From Macrostomum hystrix (taxonomy: Eukaryota > Animalia > Platyhelminthes): DNA of 64,000 bases. Every line of letters starts with the position of its first letter. The first letter of the stretch is position 1. The stretch is taken from NCBI GenBank assembly GCA_950097015.1, contig CATNEN010000031.1, forward strand, positions 3,348,001-3,412,000, written 5' to 3'. The notes beneath the pieces are model-generated. The model saw nothing but the letters and a program-made list of their open reading frames with translations, ran no database searches and had not been told where the DNA came from. The position numbers were made by a program, and so were the translations under genes. Shown piece after piece: positions 38,007 to 48,611 of this stretch.

Positions 38007-38487
38007 CTTCAATGGAAAGAAAAAAAAATTAAATGCGAATAAAGTTAATTCTCCCTAAAGCCAGAAAAGGGGTCAACTACTTCCTGGAAAATTACGGATC
38101 TAAAGGTGTTTTGAAAGTGTGCTTACGATAATTGTTTATATTGACGAAAATTATTGACAGCCAGAACAGCAAACGTAAGAAAAAACCAAGTACATAAGAA
38201 TTTTTAAGCGCAAATAAAGGATCTGCAGGCAGATTTCTCTCATTTAGAACTTGCTAAAATTAACCACAAATTTGGGCAAATTTCCGGAATGAGTTTTAAT
38301 AGCTTAATCATATGACTTCACAATGTCTCAAATACTAATGTTAACATTTGTTATTTGCTCCTTTCACTATGTTTGGTGCTATAGAAAGTCTAATATACTA
38401 ATATAGTATAGTATATAGAACAAATCTAATATACTAAAAATGAAAATCTTGCTTGCTTGCTTGTAACCTACTAAAATCGAATAAGTA

Positions 38488-39124
38488 GGGTAAAGTATCA
38501 TCAACCAAACAAGAATGTGTATTTTTTTAACTTCAAACCTAAGCTAGCCTACAGATTTTCTATTTAAGATATGATGATAAATCAAAAGCCAAGTTATAGA
38601 AAACAGTTACATCTTTCTAAAAAGTATCTGCTTTTGCTATTTTATCAAATAGAAAAAAAGTTTTTCCTGCTTTTTATCTAAAACCAAACAATGATTTTCA
38701 TGTATCTTCAAACCAAACAGAGAATTTGATGTTTGGTTTTACAATTTGAGTGAGTGGTTTAATCTTATTTTAAGGAGTGAACTATCATGAATTATGTAAC
38801 TTGAAAGCATTTTTCATGCTCTATAAAGAACTACATTTATGGTCATTTAATTGGCAAGCAACCACATACAATCTTTGTCTAAAGTACATACTGAAAAAAA
38901 GTTGTTAAAAAGTATGCTTTTGCAATAAAAATTTCTACTGAAACATCAATATCTTTCTTTCCTCTTAATGCTTCATTGCACATCATGTAGATAATTTCTT
39001 CAACTTTCAAATTAGTTGTTCTGTGAACATGATAGCTTGTTTCTGTCTTGTATGAGACCAAGGAAGAGGTCAAAATTCTTGTTCGGTTTTGAAGATACAC
39101 TGTTCGGTTGATGATACATTACCC
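38488..39124. mobile_element. Non-autonomous DNA transposon (MITE, 637 bp), TIR GGGTAAWGTATCATCAACC, TA target duplication; copy 1
   Basis: TIRs visible at both ends, flanked by TA; a second, similar copy lies at 58981-59622. Confidence 0.88.
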
Positions 39125-40229
39125 TATCACAGCCTTTCCAATAAAGAAAATAATGTTTATTTTAGTCTGGCACATTTATAACAATAGTTTATTCGGTTTT
39201 TATATTATTTAATCAACAATCTGTATTTTGTAGCTAATTATGCCTAGCTAGGCCTATACCATTCCCTGGACCACTAGAAATAAGGTAGGCCTAGCTTAAC
39301 TAAAGTTTAGTTAAGACTAAAGATGCAATGTGTAGCTGGTGTTAGTGTTGTATGTATTTAGTGTATAGTTTTTAGTAGATCTATAGATACTTAAAATTGT
39401 GTTTTTTGCTAGTTAGTAGCTAGCTATACTTTTTATGTTGTGCTATATCTAGGCCTATATGTAAGCAATATTCTGAGCTAACTTATAGCTGGCCCTAAGC
39501 TAAGTAAACTATTTTGATTACAGATTATGTTCACTGCAGTTTTTTGTTATAAAAAGTGCCTCTGACTAGACTAGCTACATTAAGCAAATTCATTTATTTA
39601 CATTTTCCAATCATTTCAGCTGCTATATTTTAAGTTTTATATTAAACATAATTCTTAATTCTATGATTTTTAGAAACTCACCATTGTAACCTATTTAATC
39701 CAATATGAGTATGTCTAGTTCATAATTTGAACAATCACTTTATCAGTTTATTGATTCTAAGAAAGGAATAAACAGGTAAAAAATCAAATCATTGGATAAA
39801 CTGCTTGTTGTCTACTACTAGTCTGTGCCATATGCATCTTTCAGAGCAAGTGTTGCTGCATTGTTGTATAATAAAATTGAGTGCTTGCAAAGTCAACTAA
39901 GCTATAAAATGCTAGATACTCGTATGTTCTGGCATTCAATGGGTATTATGAACAATTTAGTGTAGCTCCTACTTCATAAGTTAAAGAACTATTGAAACTT
40001 TTAACAAGCAGTTGTAAAGTGTCTTTATGTTGTAAAGTTGTAAAGCGTCCTTTATTGCCCAAAGTTTAGACTTTTCTTCTGTTGGGGTTGGCCAAAGTGA
40101 GGCAGCCAGATTTTATCACCCTTGTCAATGCACTGTTAAAAGGCCTCCCATGTACCTTGCTTTGAAATAAACCTGAAGTTGCTCTTGCATGCCTTCTATT
40201 AAACTAACTAACTAAATGCAGCCCCACTG

Positions 40230-40960
40230 GCCACAAGTCAGGGGGGAGTATCAGATTCCACGCCTAAGGGCTAGCAACTAACCATGTCATAGTGTCTACT
40301 TGGTTGGGGACATCCATCAGCAGCCAGTCAATGTAGCAAGCTGTGCAACCCTGCCCACTTGTGCTTGGTCCCTGCAGCAGTGGAACATCCTGCAGCAGCT
40401 CTGGACAGTAGGCTTCTGCCTGAATCACGTGCCCAGCCAGATGCAGCTGCTGCTGACTCAGCAGGACAAAAGGCTACGTCAGGCACACTCACTTGTACAG
40501 GGCACTAGTCAACTTGCAGCCAAGGCCACGGCAGGTTCTATTGCTATGCCTCTATGCTTTCATTTCCAAACCTATTGGGCAACAAGCTCTCCAAGGTCGA
40601 TGCTATGGATACAATGATGAACTGTCAGCCTGGGTGTATCCAGTCAGTCACTATTTCCTAGATAGTAAGGTAAGCATCATCTTCAAGCAGGTGCAATTGT
40701 TTGGTCAAGCAGATTTTGGCAATACTGCAACATTGCATTGACTGGCCTCAAACTCCTCAATTTACTGGTAAACCATGCTTGCTTAGTCCTTGTTGTCCAT
40801 GGATATATTGTTGGTTGCTTAATCTTAGACCAATTGTGTCCCATGCTCCACTGAGGGAAAATGGGAATTGTGCAGCCCATCTTTCTATGAAAGCTAACTT
40901 TTTTCATTGAAAACCTAGGCAATATCATATTCTGTAAGTTGTGTCCTAGGGAACAACTCA
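40230..40960 (-). mobile_element. Decayed non-LTR retrotransposon (RTE/CR1-like) RT and C-terminal fragment
   Basis: Minus-strand remnants: a YADD-like EYDIA, YYLG, and TSALYK*VCLT*PFVLLSQQQLHLAGHVIQAE...YIDWLLMD, resembling the LxLAGH C-terminal block of LINE ORF2. In-frame stops present. Confidence 0.55.
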
Positions 40961-41926
40961 TAGTTTTCAAATGCTAATAGATGTTATACAAAAACGTTGC
41001 AAAGATAGAAAGATAATTTTTGCAGCTGCTTTTATAAAATGTCAACAAAATGAATGCATCTGAATTCAAGTGCAAGCTAGGTTGAAAATTTTGACTAATC
41101 CTCATCATAATATAGCTTAATTAGTTAAAAAATAGGCTGAAAGTTTGCTAGTTATAGTTTTTAAGGGTTAAAAAGTATTTATAAGTAAAGTTAATGGTAA
41201 TATGCAACACAAAGTTGAATGCGAGTTTTTAATTTAATAAATATTTATAATGATATCTAAGCAAAGTAAAATTGAAGTAGTTTTGCTACTATTGCAGACA
41301 GAAAAATAAATGTTTGGAAGTCAGTTCTGTCCAGATGACAAAAAAATAAAATTATAAAATGCAGATTAGATATGAAAATTAATGTATCTAAGATGGTTGA
41401 TTTTTTAAATACTAGTGGCACAGTTTTTATGTAGCAAATTTTGACTACATTGTCATTATAGTTTGCAATTTCAAATTGCAAGACTGCATAGAGAATTGAA
41501 GGCCTTCATTATTTTTGTCTCCATTCTCTTGTGGCATCTTGAGAAAAACTATTATTAGGCATACATATTCAATTATAAATCTCTATAATCACGATTCTCT
41601 ATATGTTGAATAGAGAACACTCAAATTAATGTACTTTGAATTACAAATTTGAACTTTTTTACATCTATAACATATAATGTTATTTCTCTGCAGCAATAGT
41701 GGCATAAAAAAATGTTATAAGTATCCATTAGTGTAGTTTACAAAACATTTAGATAAAATTGTAATAATCATAACTTGTCTTTAAGTGTTTAGACTAGCCG
41801 CCAACCTCAATAAGACTAGACAACACAATAAAACTATTAAACCAAATGAAAGTCTCTAATGAAAGCTGTATAAATCTTATAATTGAGAGAATAAAAGGAA
41901 TGTAATATTTTTAATCGACATTCCAG

Positions 41927-42958
41927 ATTGATCCAGTGACAAATCCCAGCGATTCGGGCTGCACAGGCGCCCTCCCTCCATTATTAGTTGAGATGTCTCT
42001 GCCTGCAGCCAGCGATAATGTCATTAGCGATCACGACTGTCCGATAGTGGATAAGCCTATTAGCAATGTTCTAGCTGTTGCTCCATATCAGCAGGTGTCA
42101 CCTAGCAACTGTTGCTCATTGCTACCGCTGCTGGCTCGGCTCTCCAGCCTGTCCATTGTGCCTTCTGATACTCTGGAAACAGTCAGTGTCAGGCAGGTCG
42201 ACAGTTCGAGCCAATGCCAGCGCCAACCGGCCGAGTGCCAGGCTTGGCAAAACCAGAGATTCGCTCATGCGGCCAGGCCGGAGTCTGACGCTGCCCTCAC
42301 CGTGGCGGCCTTCTGCTCCCGGCGGCATCAACCGCAGCAGCAGCAGCAGAGAGCGGCTGCCAGCGATCCGCTGCGGCGCATCACCAAGCCGCCTCAGCTG
42401 CTTCGCCGGCCAGCAAAGCGGCGACAGCAGCAGCATCTGCAGCATTGCTTGCACAGCCACTTGTCACTGGAGCATCGCTGCAGCTCCGCCACCACCACAA
42501 TACTAGTATCTGCTGCCGCTATTACGGAGCTGTTGCTTAGCAACCAACACCTGGCTCAGTTGTCCTTCGAATGGTTGCGCAGCCGAGGCCTTAGTCTGCT
42601 TGGCGGCATCCATTCGCCGCCGGTTCGTCTCGCCCTGACTGCGCCACCGTCGGCTTCGCCGGTGCCGACGTCAGCGCCGTCGCCACAGGTAGCGTCGGCT
42701 AGCTCGTCATCCAGTTTGCCAACATCGTCGGCTACCGTCCTCAATGCCAGCAGTTCAATAGAGGCGCCTACTTTGATGACCAATTCAAACAGCTCAGTCG
42801 CCATCATCGAGGAAGTGTGCTCCGCCTCTGCCGATCGCTGCCGTCTGGCTGGCGACGCCTACGCCGACCTGACCGTCTACGAGTTAGCCTCTTATTTCGA
42901 TGAACTAGTCCGGCTGCCTAAGAAGATGAGCAGCCAGGCTGAGAGTATGTATCTGTGA
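41927..42958 (+). CDS. OSER1: OSER1 / DUF776-like oxidative-stress-responsive serine-rich protein (large terminal exon; upstream exon not located)
   Basis: C-terminus DLTVYELASYFDELVRLPKKMSSQAESMYL matches the OSER1-family terminal motif (T..L..Y......PKKMS..AE.MY). Ser-rich body; acceptor ttccag at 41926. Confidence 0.78.
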   Translation: MDPVTNPSDSGCTGALPPLLVEMSLPAASDNVISDHDCPIVDKPISNVLAVAPYQQVSPSNCCSLLPLLARLSSLSIVPSDTLETVSVRQVDSSSQCQRQPAECQAWQNQRFAHAARPESDAALTVAAFCSRRHQPQQQQQRAAASDPLRRITKPPQLLRRPAKRRQQQHLQHCLHSHLSLEHRCSSATTTILVSAAAITELLLSNQHLAQLSFEWLRSRGLSLLGGIHSPPVRLALTAPPSASPVPTSAPSPQVASASSSSSLPTSSATVLNASSSIEAPTLMTNSNSSVAIIEEVCSASADRCRLAGDAYADLTVYELASYFDELVRLPKKMSSQAESMYL

Positions 42959-43832
42959 GTTCTCGCTGCTCAAGCCTCAGTTTGTTGGACTGACTGCGGC
43001 TGCTGCTATTCCGCCATGGTGCGAGCATAAACTTTCCTAAGGCTTTTATTTTACTTATTCTGCGAGTGTCTAAGGCTTCTGCCCACTTCCATGCGTGTAG
43101 CTTCTTACGCGGTCTCGTCAGTATAAATAAGTGTGAAAGCCATTGACTTTCATTTTTCTCCTGTATTTGTTTGTTTTGTTAGCTATTCAAAGACACGCTA
43201 GAGTTGAGTGTAGAAGTTTTACTTAGATGATCTAAGCTACTGATGTATTGATATAATTAGCAAGGCGAAAAACTGCTAGTGTTTAGTAAACTGCTAAGTA
43301 TCTATTGGCTCTGTCAGTTTATTTCTATGTATTCTGAAAATTAGCGGAGTCATATTATTTTCTTTTGCATTGTATTTTTTCTACCTTACCTTGCTAAACC
43401 GCACCTCAGTGTAAAAAGTTTCAGCTCTTCAAAATAAGTCAATACACAATGGCGGGTGCCTTCTAGCGGTCACACATTAGAAATATCGTCAATAAAAATT
43501 TGTCTGTCGCTGACAATGTCCATTCACTTGGCTTTATCCACAACTGTTCGATTCCCCTCCTTTCTCTCTCTCTCTCTCTTGTATCTCTCTGTGCTAAGTT
43601 TTATTATTTGTTCTGCAATAAAAAACCGCTACACAACGGGTAGCTTTGAACCAAACAATTGTTTCCAATTCATTTGTGCGCGTGTCCACTTGTCGACATA
43701 AAAACTGCTGTAATAAACACTGGCTCAATCGCTTATTTTTAATTGACCTGTTGAATTCTTTAGCGACGGCCCTCACCCCAGTCCACGGACTAAACAGATG
43801 TACGCAGCCTTTAGAAGCGCTGCACAACTGGG

Positions 43833-44122
43833 AGGTTGTAGGCCTGTGGTTTAGAGTGTTGGACTGACGAATTGAAGATCATGGGTTCGATTCCCGACTC
43901 CACTGGAACAATTTGTGCTCTTTAGCAAGACACTTGACTCTGCAGTGCTTCAATTCACCCAGCTGTTAGTATGGGTACCAGCACTAGCTGGTGTAATTGA
44001 GGGTGGGTGTGGCGTCCCACCAGTCCATGGACTGAACAGCCGCACGCAGCCTTCAGATGCGCCGCGCAATAGCTGCGGCTGTGCTGTCCAATTGGGGCAG
44101 GTGTAAGCAATTATTATTATTT
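43833..44122 (+). mobile_element. tRNA-derived CORE-like SINE (family B), full length
   Basis: B-box GGTTCGATTCCC, CORE-like block, 3' tail attattattatt; preceded by a partial 3' duplicate at ~43775-43830. Confidence 0.82.
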
Positions 44123-44308
44123 AATTTTAAATTATTAGGCAGGCGTTAAAAACGCAGTACAACTGGTCCAACTTGGTTAGGTATCATTTTTTATCAATAT
44201 ATATTTAATATGACCATCTTCGTAAAAAACTGGGTGCTTATTAAGTTTCAGAGTCCGTATGCTTTGACCGGCTAGTTAATAGAAGCTTCATTCGGCAGCT
44301 GATTAATT

Positions 44309-44709
44309 ATGTCAGATCTGACGGACCCTGTCCTGCACTCGGTGGATCCGATGCGCCTGACCTCCTGGCAGGACGAAGCGGCCGGCTCCGCTGAGGCTGT
44401 AAATGCGGAGGGCGCGTCGGCTGCCCGAATTCAAGGCGCCCCGTTTCCCATAGATACTAGCATCAATAGCAGGCTGGTGCTGTGGTGAGTGCCCAGCCAA
44501 CTGATGCTACTATTTTCTATGGCAATAATTACAGATAGGAAATCCTGCATTCATTCATTGTGTTAGGCCCGGCGATCTGGTCACACTGAAGGCCACCGCC
44601 ATTGTGAATGTTAGCAACGAGAACCTGAATGATCGCAATCCGTTATCTGTGCGCATCCTTGACCTGGGCGGACCTGCGCTGCAACAGGAGGTGCTGGAGA
44701 CTGTTAGAA
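44309..44709 (+). CDS. GDAP2: GDAP2 (macro domain + CRAL-TRIO), exons 1-2: 44309..44484, 44567..44709
   Basis: MSDLTDPVLHSVDPMRLTSW...PFPIDTSINSRLVLW-PGDLVTLKATAIVNVSNENLNDRNPLS matches the GDAP2 N-terminus and splices in phase to 53724. Confidence 0.9.
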
Positions 44710-44764
44710 GTACGCGGCTGATGAGCTACAAATGCCATTAATAATGTATTGGTTTACACCACTG

Positions 44765-44950
44765 TTTGCTTCGTACAGCCAATGGCACAAATAATGTGTA
44801 CAACTACTGTTCAATCCGTGGACTGGGGAGGCAGCCACAACCGCCTGGCACTTATCAGTTGGGTGAACTGAAGCTCTAGGAATATGAAGTGTGTATTGCT
44901 CACGGACACAAATTGCTCTCGACCAGAAGCTCTAATCACTTGGGCTACAG
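44765..44950 (-). mobile_element. Degenerate CORE-like SINE (family B) fragment
   Basis: ccgtggactgggg and ttgggtgaactgaagc...ggacacaaattg blocks shared with the 25447 copy. Confidence 0.6.
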
Positions 44951-44957
44951 ATCCTAG

Positions 44958-45239
44958 GATAATATAATAATAATTGCTGCGGGCTATGGCGTATCAGTTG
45001 GTGACAGTAGACCCGCAGCCAGCGAGGAGGCTATTCTGTTCGCTGACTCCTGAGCAGCGGGCACACACGCACACAGATACTGTACGCAGGCATACGCTCA
45101 CACGGGTATGTTCATATGCCCTGACTTTCGCATCGGTCAGGCAGTGTGCACTCTTACTGTGCCTTGGAAGTTGGCCCTCAAGGGCCTAAATTTCACGACA
45201 AGCCCACGAGCCTTCTCCTTGCGGCTGCACCCCAAATAA
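44958..45239 (-). mobile_element. SINE family A, 3' part (5' head continues at 53630-53703), split by the CACTA insertion
   Basis: Joining 45239 to 53632 restores ccccaaataaatgtggcctcgccgcggaatcgagc, as in the intact copies at 12055 and 56675. Confidence 0.9.
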
Positions 45240-45665
45240 CCCGCCTGGCCTTTTTAGTCCGGAAAACAAGAAAATAGCCCGGTGGTTGTTCCGGTGCTTC
45301 ATCCGGTACGTAATGCATTTTTCCCATTTAAAAAACCGGACGAAAACCGGAGTATAGTTAACAAAACGGACCAACGCGTGAAAATTTTGGCCTTTCGTCC
45401 GGTTGACTGTCCGGTGTTGGTCCGGAAATTCATCCAGAGTGCAGTCCGGCTTTGGCCGATAATCGGAGCAAATTCCGGACGAAAACCGGACGACCGTACC
45501 TGACAGTAAAACCGGATCAGTTTCCGGACTAGTTTCCGGATAAAATCCGGACGAATATACCTGACAGTAAAACCGGATCAGTTTCCGGACTAGTTTCCGG
45601 ATAAAATCCGGACGAATATACCTGACAGTGAAACCGGACCAGTTTCCGGGTACGTTACCGGACGA
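45240..45665. repeat. Left TIR and CCGG(A)-rich subterminal repeats, including a ~61-bp tandem duplication
   Basis: Dense tccgga/accgga motifs in both orientations. Confidence 0.9.
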
Positions 45666-45916
45666 AAGGTGCCAGAAATTTCATACTATTCTAAGCAGGT
45701 TCATACGACGCATATTTATATGCATATGAAATGTATCCGTTGTATGGAGAATAGTTGCCTCGTATTCTAAATTTTCTGGTGCTTTCAGCCTACTCACGAT
45801 GCATAAAAACTTTGAAGATATAATCGATGAGAACATCCCTGTTTCGTCATTAGCTAAGTGCAAAGTGCAAAGTGCAAAGTAGCACTCTCTGCGCACAAAA
45901 CATTTATTCTGCACGA

Positions 45917-46120
45917 TCGAAACTCTGCACGAACACAATGGAACACGATCGAAACTCTGCACGAACACACAGTCAGGGAGAGTCCAGTCAGGGACTTTAC
46001 ACAGTGCACCAACTGTGCACGAACACTATGGAACACGATCGAAACTCTGCACGAACACACAGTCAGGGAGAGTCCAGTCAGGGACTTTACACAGTGCACC
46101 AGCTGTGCACGAACACTATA
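45917..46120. repeat. 90-bp tandem duplication inside the transposon, 3' of the BEN gene
   Basis: 30-aa periodicity in ORFs 45858-46141. Confidence 0.85.
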
Positions 46121-46236
46121 TCTCAGGGCCTAAAGAGCTAGTAAAAATAAATTTGCTGCCTATACTGTCTATAATTAAAGTGAATTTGGCGAAATTGAAG
46201 CAGTTTGTCGCCTTCGTGTCCTTCGGGACGAACAGA

Positions 46237-48268
46237 CTAGGTTGCGTCCTTCTGCAGCAAGTTCGCCATGAAGTCGTCCTGCACATCCCCAAGAAGACTG
46301 CCTAGCACTTGACTGCCTCCGGCGACTGCAGCAGCTTCGGCGGCAGCCGATCCGGCGACATCAGCAGTGGCTCCAGCGGCTGCAGCAGTGGCTCCGGCGG
46401 CTGCAGCAGCTCCGGCAGCAGCCGATCCGGCGACATCAGCAGTGGCTCCGGCGGCTGCAGCAGCTCCGGCGGCAGCCGATCCGGCGACGTTACTGGCTCT
46501 GGCGGATCTGGAAGGCTTCTGCGTCGACGACTGCTTCGGACGCGGGGCTGCCTTGTCGCAATTCTTTGATCGCACGTGCTTCGGTAGACCCAGGCGCTGC
46601 CGGGCAGTTTCACCGCAGCGCGTAAATGCCCGACGCAGCTGGCGGTCGTTGAAAGCCACATTGCTGCTGCGCAGCCACTCTTTAGCGGCTGCCAGCTTAC
46701 CAGGATTCGCGGGCGTAGACACAGCCGGGCGTCTTGCGCCCGGAGATGGTTGAGTGGGCCAACTCCTGCTCCGTAAAGAGGGCCCTGAACAGGGCTCTTA
46801 GTACGGCCAATTTGGCGAAATGGCCATTATCACTTTGCGGTGCATCGATATCGACGGATGGCTTCGAGGCTTCGCGGAAGTCCTCGAGCCGCTGGTCTAG
46901 CTGAATTCGCGACGAGGATGACACCTTGACAAAGTTTTGTGAATCCGACAGGCTGACGAGACAGGCGTCTGTGTTGGATGAATGTCCTGCATCGGTATGC
47001 GAGCTGGCCTTGTGGCAGGCAGCCACCAAAGCTCGCGTCTGCGAAGCGGACAGGGTACCGTGGGCCATAAATTCGGATTCTAAATTCGATTCGTCGCCGG
47101 TGTTCGCGCTGTCGTCTTCGTCCGCGTCCTGCTGTGACCTGGACACTGAAGCATTGTTTTTGCAGCCGGCTGCGAGAATCTGCGAGGCGCTGACCAAATG
47201 CGAGTTGGCGTTAGCTGCCGTTCGCTGCAGTGCAACGCATTTGGCCTCCGCAGCCTCAACTTGTCGCAGCAGTTTGGCCTCCATTTTCGACGAAACCGTG
47301 ATTTTTTGCTCCAGATCTCGACAAGCCTCCTTCAGGTGAGCGGCCTCGGCGCGTGTCTTCCGGAGTTGAGTGCCTAAATGAAATCATATGACGTACTTTG
47401 TCTGAAGAACGTAAGTTAAGCACTTTGAATTCGCACAGCCTGTACCTGCATAACCTAGCTGCATCTCGATCTGCAGCCTTCTTCCCTGTTTCTCCCCGTT
47501 AGTCCCCAAAGTCTTACCCAGAGTTTCTGAAAGCGACGCGGCCCTTTGCAGCTCGAGCTGCAGTCCCCTACAGGACTGGCAGGAGCGTGGCAGCTCAACG
47601 GGCTGCGAGTGGACGTTTGTTAATTTGGCTGCTCCCATAGCTGCAGCTTTGTCTTCGAAAGGTCCTCGCACGAGTGTGCCCCGGTAACGCCGAGCCGATT
47701 TGCGGTTTGTTTTAGCGGTGACGATGAGTACGACGCTGCCGAGTTCAACTGGGACGGGGGAATCGCGCTTACGAGCCACGATGAGTGGCGTTGAAGTGGC
47801 CCCGTCGGTACCCACGACCTCCGTACGTTCGTGGTAATTCTCATACTGGAAAAGAAAATAGCGAGCTCGGTTCTCCGCCTTGTACGGTTCCATGTCTACC
47901 ATGCAGGGTGCCACGTCAAACGAGGGGTTTAAATTCTCTTCGTCCCCGATCTCATCGTCACGGGCAGTTCCATTGCCTGAAGTCCCTGGTCTGTCACCCG
48001 CATTCGCAAGATGAGCTCGATCAGAAATTAGCATTACGCGCTTCTTCGTTGGAGGAGGTGGCGGGGGAGGGGGTTCAGACACGACCGATGACCGTGCGGC
48101 ATCGTCTGTTGGCACCGCTCCCGTCAGCTCCGAAGTGCCTGGTTTGCGCTTCTCAGGTTTGCGCTTCTCAGGTTTGCGCTTCGCTTCTGAGATCTCAGAA
48201 CGACGTTTTCGGTGTTTGCTCTGTTCTGCTTCTTTCATTTCTTTCAATACTTTTCTGTCGCGCCCCAT
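46237..48268 (-). CDS. Transposon accessory gene: basic NLS-like region + beta-rich domain + coiled coil + C-terminal BEN domain; join(48268..47455,47373..46237) with one frameshift at ~46723, ~650 aa if restored
   Basis: In-phase intron (LQIEMQL-GTQLRKTRAEAAHLKEACRDLEQK). BEN-like LFRALFTEQELAHSTISG...NPGKLAAAKEWL...RQLRRAFTRC. A 2-bp loss in a TG run shifts the frame. Confidence 0.72.
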
Positions 48269-48611
48269 TTTTCAGCGCTGATAGATCTGAAGGAGGGGAA
48301 ATGAATTATCATATTGTTTTGCTCAAAGTGGCGTCTCCGAGAAATGAGTATCCTTGTGAAAGGATGAAGGTTTTAAATGGAGGTAAGTCTGAAAGACCGA
48401 AAGCCTTAATCCCGAGATCAAGCCGTTAAACTGGTTCGGAGGTGAAATATATTTAGTCTCGTAGATGTTCACCTTAGTCTGCAACTAAAAGCGCCGATTG
48501 TCAACCAACAAATAAATTCATTTAAGTGATCACTTCGTCGAAACTTCGTGATATTTTTAAAGTGATATTTTCGAACATATTGATATATCAATCCATATAT
48601 GGAAGACAGAT

